NCBI GenBank assembly: GCA_964570965.1
Contig: CAZNAX010000004.1
Span: 1-59,801, forward strand
Direction of reading: 5' to 3'
Source: an uncultured Desulfatibacillum sp.
Lineage (GTDB): Bacteria; Desulfobacterota; Desulfobacteria; Desulfobacterales; SpSt-501
DNA: 59,801 nucleotides
The notes beneath the pieces are model-generated. The model had not been told where the DNA came from. It saw nothing but the letters and a program-made list of their open reading frames with translations, and made no database searches. Made by a program: the position numbers and the translations under genes. Positions 17,588 to 26,154 of the stretch are shown piece after piece (positions within the stretch are counted from its first letter, which is position 1; the number at the start of each line of letters is the position of its first letter).

Positions 17588-18922
17588 ATGACCGGTATGG
17601 AAACCGACTTCAAGACCGATTTTGAATCTCTGGAACCGAGCGACCTGAGATTCGGAGATGCCGAATCTCCGGAACCAGCCGGGCTGCCTCCCGCCGCTGC
17701 GGATTTTCCGGAACCCGCCGGAAAAACCCCCGCCAAACGCCGTCTTTTCCGCCCGGCGCTGGCCATGCTTGCCTTGGTTGGTGCGATTTCTGCCGGTGTC
17801 TGGCTGTATGCGCGCCCGCCGGGGCTGGCAGCAACCCGGGTTGCAAGCACATCTCCGTCCGAGTCGGCCATCGACGCTGCCAGCGCATCCGCCCCGGCGG
17901 CCGTTGCACCGAGCTCCGAAACAACCGAAGATTCAAGCGGTTGGGCGATCAAACTGAGAGAAGTCGATGAGGTGCGGCGCCTGCTTCACGTCAAGAAAGA
18001 TGCCATCCTGCGAGTGCAGCAGGATTACCGCTACGGCATCCTCGAACTCGAGGAAGAAACCAAGCATCTTCTGAAGCAGGCCCGCATCGATTCGCTGGTC
18101 CTCGCCCGCAAGAACAGCGAGGTCGATTTGCTGCTGCAAAACATCCAACGGCGTCAGATGTACAGTGAAGCGCTCGCTCAGCCGCTGCAGTGGATCGATG
18201 CGGCCAGCGAAGAGCTTCTATATCTGAAGCGCCGAGCGTCGATCGACCTTCTGGTGGCGGCAGTCGCGGAGGGCATCGATATGCAGCGGCATCTATACGA
18301 CATGGATCTGGCCCTGCAAAAGTTCCAGCCGACCGCGAGCCGGCTTGCAATCCATCCAGGGCCGATGACCGCAGCATCCCTGGACGTCATTGCCAAGCGG
18401 CTGATTGAACAATCCAAGCTCATGCAAGTGGTACCCGGCGACGACCGTAATCGGGAGATCGTGGCGGAGGTTTGCAGCGGAAACCTGACGGCGGCGGGAG
18501 AGTTGTCGAGGCTCAGCCTCAAGGGCGCCCGCTGCTTGGCGGAATCCGATGCGAAGCAACTGTTTCTGAATCGTGTGACGGAGCTGACTCCGCTCGCCGC
18601 ACAGAAGCTCTCGGAATGGCCGGGCGAATGGCTCTGCTTGAACGGCCTTGCCAAGCTCCAGGCGGATGTCGCCGCACACCTTTTTGCATGGCAGGGCGCC
18701 TGGATTTCTTTGAACGGGCTCGGCGAGCTATCGGTCGAAGCGGGCCAACACGTGGCCGGATGGAACGGCCGGCAATTGGAACTCATGGGGCTGCACAGCC
18801 CATTCAGTGCGGAGCACCTAATGCGGTGGGAGGCTGCCGGAGGCCGCTTGTTCGTTCCGGACACCCTCCGCCGCGCCATCGACCTTGCGGTCGGAAAAGC
18901 CCCTGGGAATTCGGACTCATGA
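17588..18922 (+). CDS. Hypothetical membrane-anchored protein: TM, coiled coil, 24-aa LRR-like repeats
   Basis: Acidic Pro-rich N-terminus, TM ALAMLALVGAISAGVWLY, repeats of L..L....A..L..W.G.WL.LNG. Confidence 0.75.
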   Translation: MTGMETDFKTDFESLEPSDLRFGDAESPEPAGLPPAAADFPEPAGKTPAKRRLFRPALAMLALVGAISAGVWLYARPPGLAATRVASTSPSESAIDAASASAPAAVAPSSETTEDSSGWAIKLREVDEVRRLLHVKKDAILRVQQDYRYGILELEEETKHLLKQARIDSLVLARKNSEVDLLLQNIQRRQMYSEALAQPLQWIDAASEELLYLKRRASIDLLVAAVAEGIDMQRHLYDMDLALQKFQPTASRLAIHPGPMTAASLDVIAKRLIEQSKLMQVVPGDDRNREIVAEVCSGNLTAAGELSRLSLKGARCLAESDAKQLFLNRVTELTPLAAQKLSEWPGEWLCLNGLAKLQADVAAHLFAWQGAWISLNGLGELSVEAGQHVAGWNGRQLELMGLHSPFSAEHLMRWEAAGGRLFVPDTLRRAIDLAVGKAPGNSDS

Positions 18923-19497
18923 TGGTCCTGCTCATCCGCAAGACGACGGAGATCGTCGGATGGATTCTGTTAGCGGTTTGCGCCTGCCTGGCATCCGACG
19001 GGGAACCCGGGGGGGAGCTCAACCGGGCCTTGGAGGAGATCAAGAGCACCGCCCGGCTCATCGACGACAGGTCCGCCACGGCGGCGGCGGTGCAGGGGCA
19101 GCTGCAAGTCCAGGCCGAAGCGCTATCGGCCGAAATCCGTCAGGAACGCCGCCGCTGCAGCGCCGGCAGCTTCCAACAGGCTCTTCAGATCAACCGCATC
19201 CGCTACGATTTGCTGGCGCTGCAACAGGTGACGGGCTATCTGGGTCAACTGGAAGAACGGCTCTCCCACCTGCGCACCGCCGCAAACACCTTGAACGTCT
19301 ACCGCGATCAGGTTCGGGATGATCGCCTCATCCTTCGGGCGTTAAATGACCTCGATAGCTCCGAGCTTCTGCGGCAGGTGCAGGAGGCCGTCGGCGAATA
19401 CCGTCGGCAGAGCGGCGCTCCGCTCCTGAAGGTTCCGGCCGCCCACCGTCCCCCCGAGCTTGAAATGCTGTGGAACGACCTCGTAAAGGCCCGTTGA
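18919..19497 (+). CDS. Hypothetical exported/membrane coiled-coil protein, paralogous to the upstream gene's helical domain
   Basis: ATGA overlap with upstream stop; hydrophobic N-terminus IVGWILLAVCACLA; helical repeats. Confidence 0.65.
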   Translation: MMVLLIRKTTEIVGWILLAVCACLASDGEPGGELNRALEEIKSTARLIDDRSATAAAVQGQLQVQAEALSAEIRQERRRCSAGSFQQALQINRIRYDLLALQQVTGYLGQLEERLSHLRTAANTLNVYRDQVRDDRLILRALNDLDSSELLRQVQEAVGEYRRQSGAPLLKVPAAHRPPELEMLWNDLVKAR

Positions 19498-19512
19498 CCG
19501 CCCTATCCCCCT

Positions 19513-19869
19513 TTACAGCAGCTTCTGGTCGATCAGGTGCTGCATGGCGCGTTGGCCGATGGTGGTCACGGCGCTGATGGCCTGGACCACGTGGTAGGTC
19601 GCCTCGGAGAGCACACCGGAGTTCATCATCACCAGCGCCGCGTTGAGGCTCTTGTCGATACTGCCCCACATCTCCGGCGACGTCATTTTCTTGGACAGAT
19701 GGATCTCGTTGGCGATCATCCCGATCAGCGGCCGAAGAAAGCGTTCCGCGGCATGGCGGTCATGTTCGGGCACCCCGTTGTAAATTTCAAGCAACTGGGA
19801 GACCATGAGCAGGCCGGCCTTGGCTTTCTCGCTTTGAGAGTAAGCTAAAATGGCATCTTTGGTTTCCAT
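19513..19869 (-). CDS. Hypothetical all-helical protein
   Basis: 118 aa, SD GAGG upstream, amphipathic helices, fits the gap between flanking genes. Confidence 0.7.
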   Translation of the reverse strand: METKDAILAYSQSEKAKAGLLMVSQLLEIYNGVPEHDRHAAERFLRPLIGMIANEIHLSKKMTSPEMWGSIDKSLNAALVMMNSGVLSEATYHVVQAISAVTTIGQRAMQHLIDQKLL

Positions 19870-19918
19870 GCGGTGGTTCCTCGAAAGGGGCCTTCCGTTG
19901 CGCGGTCGACGCCGCGGG

Positions 19919-20668
19919 TCAGGCCCGGTTGATCATGGCTGCCACGTAACCGGCTCCAAAACCATTGTCGATGTTGACGACGGCCACGTTGGAACTGCAG
20001 CTGTTCAACATGGCGAAAAGGGCGGTCAAACCACCCAGGCTGACACCGTAACCGATACTCGTCGGCACCGCAATGACCGGACGGCTGACCATGCCGGCCA
20101 CCACGCTGGGAAGTGCTCCCTCCATGCCGGCCACCACGATTAGGACGCTGGCTCTCTCCAGCATCTCCCGATGCCGAAAGAGCCGGTGGATGCCGGCGAC
20201 TCCCACATCGATGACCTTTTCCACCCGGTTGCCCATGGCCTGAGCGGTGATGACCGCTTCCATCGCCACCGGCAGATCGGAGGTTCCGGCGGCGATCACC
20301 AGGATGGTTCCTCGGCCCCGGGATGCCGGGCTCGCCGAGGACCATACGAGCATGCGTGCGTCGGGATGATACTGCGTGTCGGGCAGCCGCGCCTGGACCT
20401 CCCGGGCCTTGCCGGAGTCGACGCGCGTAGCGAGAATCAGGTTTTCTTGCGAACTCATGCACTGCATGATGCCGGCGATCTGTTCGGCGGATTTGCCTTC
20501 ACCGTAAATGACTTCGGGAAAGCCCTTGCGCAGACTGCGGTGATGGTCGACGTGGGCGTAGCCGAGGTCCTGGCAAGCCAGATGTTCGAGCTGCTGCGCA
20601 GCGCGCTGCGGCGTCTGAGCGCCGGCCGCAACCGCCTGGAGCAGTTTCAGCAGAGAGTCCTGGTTCAT
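19919..20668 (-). CDS. larB: Nickel pincer cofactor biosynthesis protein LarB (PurE-like)
   Basis: DHHRSLRKGFPEVIYGEGK, AGTSDLPVA.EA, DVGVAGIHRL, AGMEGALPSVV, PTSIGYG, VNIDNGFGA. Confidence 0.92.
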   Translation of the reverse strand: MNQDSLLKLLQAVAAGAQTPQRAAQQLEHLACQDLGYAHVDHHRSLRKGFPEVIYGEGKSAEQIAGIMQCMSSQENLILATRVDSGKAREVQARLPDTQYHPDARMLVWSSASPASRGRGTILVIAAGTSDLPVAMEAVITAQAMGNRVEKVIDVGVAGIHRLFRHREMLERASVLIVVAGMEGALPSVVAGMVSRPVIAVPTSIGYGVSLGGLTALFAMLNSCSSNVAVVNIDNGFGAGYVAAMINRA

Positions 20669-20716
20669 TTTCGCTGCGAGCTACCCTGGTTGGTCTGATA
20701 CCGCGGCCGGCACAGT

Positions 20717-21607
20717 TTATTCGACCGGTTGTTCCCGGATGCCACCGGTGAGCGGCGGAAGGGAAGGGGCCGCGGATGAAGACTTGGAGCCGAAGGCTCT
20801 TTCGACTTGTTCCAGACGCCGTTGGAATGTGTTGAGGCTCTTGTCGATTCGAGCGATTTCCTGATCGAGCGCAATCTGATAGAGGCGCTTGGCCTTGAGA
20901 ACCTCCAGCTCCAGGGCGTCCCGGTCCAGCTTGCGAGCCTGCAGACTGCCTAAATCGGATTTGATTTTATCCAGCTCGGCCCGGGAGCGATCCATAAAAC
21001 CGGCCAAGCCGGTGAGATCCTTGCCGAGGCTGCCTTCGAGCTTCTGCAGGCGCGCTGACAGCGCCTGCATGTCAGTCCGCAGGGTCGTGCTGACCCCGAG
21101 TTCTTCGCGAAACGGCGCCAAGGCCTGCAACTCCTTGGTGAGCCCCTGGACATTCTTGCTGATGGCGGCCAGGGCCTCCTCTTGACGTTTGGCGGCCTCT
21201 TCGATCTCCGTCTTGTCGGCTTTGGTGGCGTTCAGCTTTTGCATCGCCGCAGCACCCTGGCGCACTTCTTCCAGCAGCGCCTGCAGCTTGGTTTGCGCCT
21301 GACCCGTCTGCGCCAGCGCCGTCTCCATGTCGCTCAGCCGGGCGTTCATCGCCGCTGTCCTTTGATCGATATCGGCTGCAATACTTTCCACCGACCGAAG
21401 ATCGCTGCTCTGGGTGCGGAGCAAGCGGTCGGCCAAGTCTTGGTAGGCCACATAAATAACGATCGCGATCAGGCTCGGCAGCAGCAGCGTCACAAAGCTG
21501 ATTCGCTGACTCAGCCGATTCACTCGCTTTTTGAGTTCTTCGTCCGCTACGGCGAGTTCAGGTTCCTCGTCTTTCGGTTCGAAGCGAAATCGGTCTTGGC
21601 TGGCCAT
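20717..21607 (-). CDS. Hypothetical single-pass membrane long coiled-coil protein
   Basis: One TM (ISFVTLLLPSLIAIVIYVAY) then about 220 aa of heptad repeats. Confidence 0.75.
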   Translation of the reverse strand: MASQDRFRFEPKDEEPELAVADEELKKRVNRLSQRISFVTLLLPSLIAIVIYVAYQDLADRLLRTQSSDLRSVESIAADIDQRTAAMNARLSDMETALAQTGQAQTKLQALLEEVRQGAAAMQKLNATKADKTEIEEAAKRQEEALAAISKNVQGLTKELQALAPFREELGVSTTLRTDMQALSARLQKLEGSLGKDLTGLAGFMDRSRAELDKIKSDLGSLQARKLDRDALELEVLKAKRLYQIALDQEIARIDKSLNTFQRRLEQVERAFGSKSSSAAPSLPPLTGGIREQPVE

Positions 21608-21630
21608 CTAGCGTGCGGTTCCTCCGCAAG

Positions 21631-23160
21631 TCACTCCCATTCGATCGTGCTCGGCGGTTTGGAGCTGATATCGTAAACCACCCGATTCACTCCATCCACT
21701 TCGTTGATGATTCGATTGGAGACCCGAGCGAGCAATTCGTGCGGAAGACGGGCCCAATCGGCTGTCATCGCATCACGGCTGGTTACAGCTCGGATGGCGG
21801 CGATATTCTCGTACGTGCGGGCGTCGCCCATGACTCCCACGCTTTTGATCGGCAGCAGGACGGCAAAGGACTGCCACAGCTTTTGGTAAAGGCCATCGTT
21901 GCGGATTTCAGCGAGAAGGATTTCGTCGACATTGCGCAAAATGTTCAGACGGCGCGCCGTGATTTCTCCGAGGACGCGAATGGCCAAGCCGGGGCCGGGG
22001 AAGGGCTGTCGCCAGACCAGGTCTTCCGGCAATCCGACCTGCTTGCCCAGCTTGCGGACTTCGTCCTTGAAAAGATATTTGAGCGGTTCGATCAGCTTCA
22101 GTTTCATGCGTTTCGGCAGGCCGCCGACGTTATGGTGCGACTTGATCACCGCGGAGGGGCCTCCGAAAGCTGAAACCGATTCGATGACATCGGGGTACAG
22201 CGTTCCCTGAGCCAAAAATTCAGCCCCCTTGATCTTGCGGGCTTCGCTTTCGAACACCTCCATGAAGATTCGGCCGATGATTTTGCGCTTGCGTTCGGGG
22301 TCGGTCACGCCGCGCAGCGCCTGCAAAAAAAGGGGGGCGGCGTTTACGAAGCGAATGTTGATCTGCAAATGCTGCCGGAGAGTTTGCTTGAGCTGAGCGG
22401 CTTCATTTTTCCGCAACAGGCCGTTGTCGACGAAGATGCAGGTGAGTTGCCTCCCGATGCTCTGGTGAAGGAGCATCGCCGTCACCGAGGAATCCACTCC
22501 TCCGCTCAGCCCCAGCAGAACCTTCTTGTCGCCGACCGTCCGCTGGATGTCCGCGATGGCCTCTTTGGCGAACGACTTCATGGTCCAGGACCGCTTGCAG
22601 CCGCAGATGTCGAAAAGAAAATTCTTCAGCATGACCCGGCCCATCGGTGTGTGATCCACCTCGGGGTGGAATTGGACGCCCATGAGCTTGCGACGGTCGT
22701 CGCAGGCCGCGGCGAAGGCCGTATTGGCGGTAGACGCCGTGGCCGCGAAGCCCTCCGGCAATCGCTGGATGGAATCGCCATGGCTCATCCAGCAGGTCGT
22801 GGTGCGGTCGACTCCTTTGAACAACCCATCGACATCCTTGACGGAAAGCTCGGCGAACCCGTACTCCCGCTTCTGGGCGCGCTCGACGCGGCCGCCCAGG
22901 GCGGCCACCATGAACTGCATCCCGTAGCAGATTCCCAAAACGGGAATGCCCAGATCAAATAAAACCGGGTCGATCTTGGGGCTGCCGGCTCCATAAATGC
23001 TGGAAGGCCCGCCGGAGAGAATAATCCCCTGCGGCGAGTGGCGCCGGATGGCTTCCAAGGCAGCGCCCGGTGCCTCGATCTGGCAGAAGACGCGATTCTC
23101 CCTCACGCGGCGGGCAATCAATTGGTTGTATTGCGCTCCGAAATCGATGATGATGATCAT
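21631..23160 (-). CDS. guaA: GMP synthase (glutamine-hydrolysing)
   Basis: IDFGAQY, GICYGMQ, QFHPEV, LSGGVDSS, QGTLYPDVIES, KSHHNVGG, SKPPSTIEWE. Confidence 0.98.
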   Translation of the reverse strand: MIIIIDFGAQYNQLIARRVRENRVFCQIEAPGAALEAIRRHSPQGIILSGGPSSIYGAGSPKIDPVLFDLGIPVLGICYGMQFMVAALGGRVERAQKREYGFAELSVKDVDGLFKGVDRTTTCWMSHGDSIQRLPEGFAATASTANTAFAAACDDRRKLMGVQFHPEVDHTPMGRVMLKNFLFDICGCKRSWTMKSFAKEAIADIQRTVGDKKVLLGLSGGVDSSVTAMLLHQSIGRQLTCIFVDNGLLRKNEAAQLKQTLRQHLQINIRFVNAAPLFLQALRGVTDPERKRKIIGRIFMEVFESEARKIKGAEFLAQGTLYPDVIESVSAFGGPSAVIKSHHNVGGLPKRMKLKLIEPLKYLFKDEVRKLGKQVGLPEDLVWRQPFPGPGLAIRVLGEITARRLNILRNVDEILLAEIRNDGLYQKLWQSFAVLLPIKSVGVMGDARTYENIAAIRAVTSRDAMTADWARLPHELLARVSNRIINEVDGVNRVVYDISSKPPSTIEWE

Positions 23161-23224
23161 GATCGTGCTGCATCTCCCGAGGCATGCTGGATCTGGATCA
23201 ATTACCATTTGCGCTGAATTATCG

Positions 23225-23253
23225 AATATGGTAAACACGCCCGGAAAAGTCAA
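23225..23253 (-). promoter_or_regulatory. Candidate sigma70 promoter for guaA
   Basis: TTGACT-N17-CATATT on minus strand. Confidence 0.45.
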
Positions 23254-23329
23254 CCGCAAAATACATGGGGTGGTTCGCCCGCCGCGCTGAAATCCACTTA
23301 CGCTTCATCAACCGAGGGGAACAGGACTC

Positions 23330-23893
23330 ATGTTCGAGAGCAGTGATTTGCGAAAAGGCCTGAAAATCGAATACGAGGGCGATCCGTACATCGTCGTTCA
23401 GTTTGATTTCGTGAAACCGGGAAAGGGGCAGGCGCTCTACAAATGCCGCTTGAAGAATATGCTCAGCGGCATTCAGTTCGATCGAACCTTCCGGTCGGGT
23501 GAAAAATTCGGAGAGCCGAACCTGGAAGAAAAGCAGATGGAGTTTCTTTATAAAGACGGCGACAAATTTTGCTTTATGAACACCTCCACTTTTGAACAAG
23601 AGTTTGTGGGAGAGGATCAAGTGGGGGAGGCGCGAAATTTTCTCAAGGAAAATACCGTTTGCGCCGTCCTTTTTTACCGGGAGCGTCCGATTGGGATTAC
23701 GCTGCCCACCTTCATGAACTTGCGCATCCTCAAGGCGGATCCGTGGGTCAAGGGAGATACCGCCTCCGGCGACTCCAAACCGGCGACGCTGGAAACCGGT
23801 TATGTGGTGCAGGTACCGACTTTTCTGGAGGAAGGCCAGCTTATCAAAATTGACACGCGCACCGGGTCCTACGTGGAACGCGTTAAAGTTTAG
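23330..23893 (+). CDS. efp: Elongation factor P
   Basis: VKPGKGQA, KGDTASG..KPATLETG, IKIDTRTG.YVER. Confidence 0.98.
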   Translation: MFESSDLRKGLKIEYEGDPYIVVQFDFVKPGKGQALYKCRLKNMLSGIQFDRTFRSGEKFGEPNLEEKQMEFLYKDGDKFCFMNTSTFEQEFVGEDQVGEARNFLKENTVCAVLFYRERPIGITLPTFMNLRILKADPWVKGDTASGDSKPATLETGYVVQVPTFLEEGQLIKIDTRTGSYVERVKV

Positions 23894-23952
23894 GGGGCGG
23901 GAGGCAGACGCATCGACGGCGCGCCGCTGCCACGGTTTCGTGGCCCTTGCGG

Positions 23953-24714
23953 CTAGGCGGATGCGTCGTCGGCTCGTCCAACCGCGGCACCGGCGCTGCC
24001 GGATGATGCGGCCGACCGGTTGAAAAACTGAAGCTTCACCGATCCGATCGCGATGATATCCAGATCCCTCAGCATAACCGACTTCTTGATGGGCTGATCG
24101 TTAACCCGGGGCTTGCAAATCCCGCCGGCATAACTCAAGTAGTACCCGTCCGGCCGCTGACTGATGGTGGCGGCCGTCCAACCGACCAGCAACCCCTTGA
24201 CCACGATCTCGGAGGTCGGGGCCTTTCCGATTTTGATGAGCTTGCTGAAAAGATCCAGTTGGCCCTGGCCGCCGGACAAATACTCAAGATAGCCCGAGGC
24301 ATCGTCATGTCGCAGCAGCGGTTTCGGAACCACCGGAGCGCTTTTCTGCACCATCAAGCGGTAGTTGCTGGTATCCATCACCATGGTTTTGTCGATTTCA
24401 GCCGGAGTGCCGGCGGCGGCGTCCTCCTCGGTTGAAAAAACCAGAAAATGTTTTCCGATACTGACGATATCGCCATTTTTCAACCAATGGGAATTAACCA
24501 GGCGCTCGTTGACGAACGAACCGTTTTTGCTCTGAAGGTCCACCAGTACAAAGGCATCACCGACCGAATCGATCTTGGCATGATGCCCTGAGACCGCCAG
24601 GTTTTCGATGACGATGTCATTATCCTTGCGCCTGCCAATCGTCAGTGATTTGCCCTTGTCGACGAGATACCGGCCGAGAACGTTGTCTTTGAATTTGAGT
24701 GTAATGTTTGGCAT
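23953..24714 (-). CDS. Tandem FHA-domain protein
   Basis: FHA1 IGR..ND..VSGHHA..DLQSKNGS intact; FHA2 IGK..TS..VGWTAA degenerate; DKTMVM linker. Confidence 0.88.
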   Translation of the reverse strand: MPNITLKFKDNVLGRYLVDKGKSLTIGRRKDNDIVIENLAVSGHHAKIDSVGDAFVLVDLQSKNGSFVNERLVNSHWLKNGDIVSIGKHFLVFSTEEDAAAGTPAEIDKTMVMDTSNYRLMVQKSAPVVPKPLLRHDDASGYLEYLSGGQGQLDLFSKLIKIGKAPTSEIVVKGLLVGWTAATISQRPDGYYLSYAGGICKPRVNDQPIKKSVMLRDLDIIAIGSVKLQFFNRSAASSGSAGAAVGRADDASA

Positions 24715-24747
24715 TCGTAGCAATTTCCTGCAGACTTTCAAGCGATT

Positions 24748-25548
24748 TCAGTTAGCTGCTAGTCGCTGCCGCACCTGATAAACCCATTTTATGAAAACCG
24801 AGCGATGTTGGCGCCGCACGCCGGCCACTCGCAGAACGACGGCCGAAATATTGTCGTCACCGCCGCGTTCGTTGGCCAATTGCACCATCGCGCGACACGC
24901 GGAACCCGGAGGATGGGCGGTGGTGAGCGACATGATTTCCCGCGGCGCAACCTTGGTGCTCAATCCGTCCGAACAGATGACCAGTTGATCGTCCTTGAAG
25001 CAGTTCAATTCACAGATATCGGCCTCGACCAGGCTCTTCGGACCCACCGCGCGCGTCAGAATGTTGCCCATGGAGGGAACCTGCGCATCTGCCGGCAGCG
25101 CGGCCTGGAGGGTGTGGGGGACCGAGAGCAAATTAATCGTTCCGTTTCGCACCAGAAAGATCGGGCTGTCCCCTACGTTGGCCGCGATCACCGTGTCTTC
25201 GGAAAAATACACCGCGGCCACCGTTGATCCCATCCCGCGATAGTCGTCATGTTCGGTGGCGGTTTGGTGCACGACTCGGTTGGACCATTCGATTCCTGCC
25301 AGCAGTCGATGCGCCTGGGAAGAGAGGTTGCCAGGCAGGCCCGTATGGTTGTCTGGGTCCTGACCTTTGGCCAGAAAATCGCATATGGATTGCACGACCA
25401 AGGTGCTGGCGACTTCTCCGGCCCGGTGGCCACCCATTCCGTCGGCCACCAAATACAATCCCCGGGCATCATCGACAAGGATGCGGTCTTCGTTGGACTG
25501 CCTTTTCTTGCCAACGTCGGAAATGCCAGCTGATTCAACAATCACCAT
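24748..25548 (-). CDS. PP2C/Stp1-family Ser/Thr protein phosphatase
   Basis: DVGKKRQSNED, VADGMGGH, NVGDS, CSDGL, GGDDNIS. Confidence 0.93.
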   Translation of the reverse strand: MVIVESAGISDVGKKRQSNEDRILVDDARGLYLVADGMGGHRAGEVASTLVVQSICDFLAKGQDPDNHTGLPGNLSSQAHRLLAGIEWSNRVVHQTATEHDDYRGMGSTVAAVYFSEDTVIAANVGDSPIFLVRNGTINLLSVPHTLQAALPADAQVPSMGNILTRAVGPKSLVEADICELNCFKDDQLVICSDGLSTKVAPREIMSLTTAHPPGSACRAMVQLANERGGDDNISAVVLRVAGVRRQHRSVFIKWVYQVRQRLAAN

Positions 25549-25557
25549 ACCATCGTT

Positions 25558-25586
25558 ATTCTATTCGCAAACGGCTGTGAGGTCAA
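25558..25586 (-). promoter_or_regulatory. Candidate sigma70 promoter for PP2C-FHA operon (near-leaderless)
   Basis: TTGACC-N17-TAGAAT, -10 box 9 nt from ATG 25548. Confidence 0.6.
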
Positions 25587-25653
25587 GAAGCAGAGGCCTG
25601 AATATGGTTTTATCCTATTGTAATTTATAACAAACCTGCCAAGTTATCTGCTC

Positions 25654-25682
25654 TTGACAAAACCAAACGGTTTAAGTAGGTT
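25654..25682 (+). promoter_or_regulatory. Candidate sigma70 promoter for ihf-rec operon
   Basis: TTGACA-N17-TAGGTT. Confidence 0.6.
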
Positions 25683-25736
25683 TCGATCCACTCGACGTTA
25701 CGACCGAAACGTTTTTCACGCCTGGAACCGGCGCAC

Positions 25737-26030
25737 ATGACCCTGACCAAGGCCCAAATTGCGGATGTCATCCACCAGGATCTTGGTTTTCCCAAAAACC
25801 GGTCCGCCGAGGTTCTGGAGCTTCTGCTGGAGCTGATCAAGAACAAACTGGAGAATGGTGAAGACGTTCTCGTCAGCGGATTCGGAAAGTTTTGTGTCCG
25901 GTTGAAAAAAGAACGCCGGGGGCGGAATCCAGCGACCGGCCAAGACCTGCTCCTATCCGGCCGCAAGGTGATTACGTTCCGCTGCTCTCACTTGCTCCGA
26001 AAGAGAATCAACGACGATTTTCCCTCCTGA
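25737..26030 (+). CDS. ihfA: Integration host factor alpha-like subunit
   Basis: MTLTKA, VLVSGFGKF, GRNPATG, RKVITF. Confidence 0.88.
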   Translation: MTLTKAQIADVIHQDLGFPKNRSAEVLELLLELIKNKLENGEDVLVSGFGKFCVRLKKERRGRNPATGQDLLLSGRKVITFRCSHLLRKRINDDFPS

Positions 26031-26154
26031 AGCGGATCGCGTCAATCCTGGCTCTTAAATGCCGGTCATTGGGTTGAGCGCGGCCGGGTATGCCTTCGTC
26101 AGCAACACCGTTCGGCAGAAGAGGGCTTCCGCCATCATTCGTGGACAGAAACTC

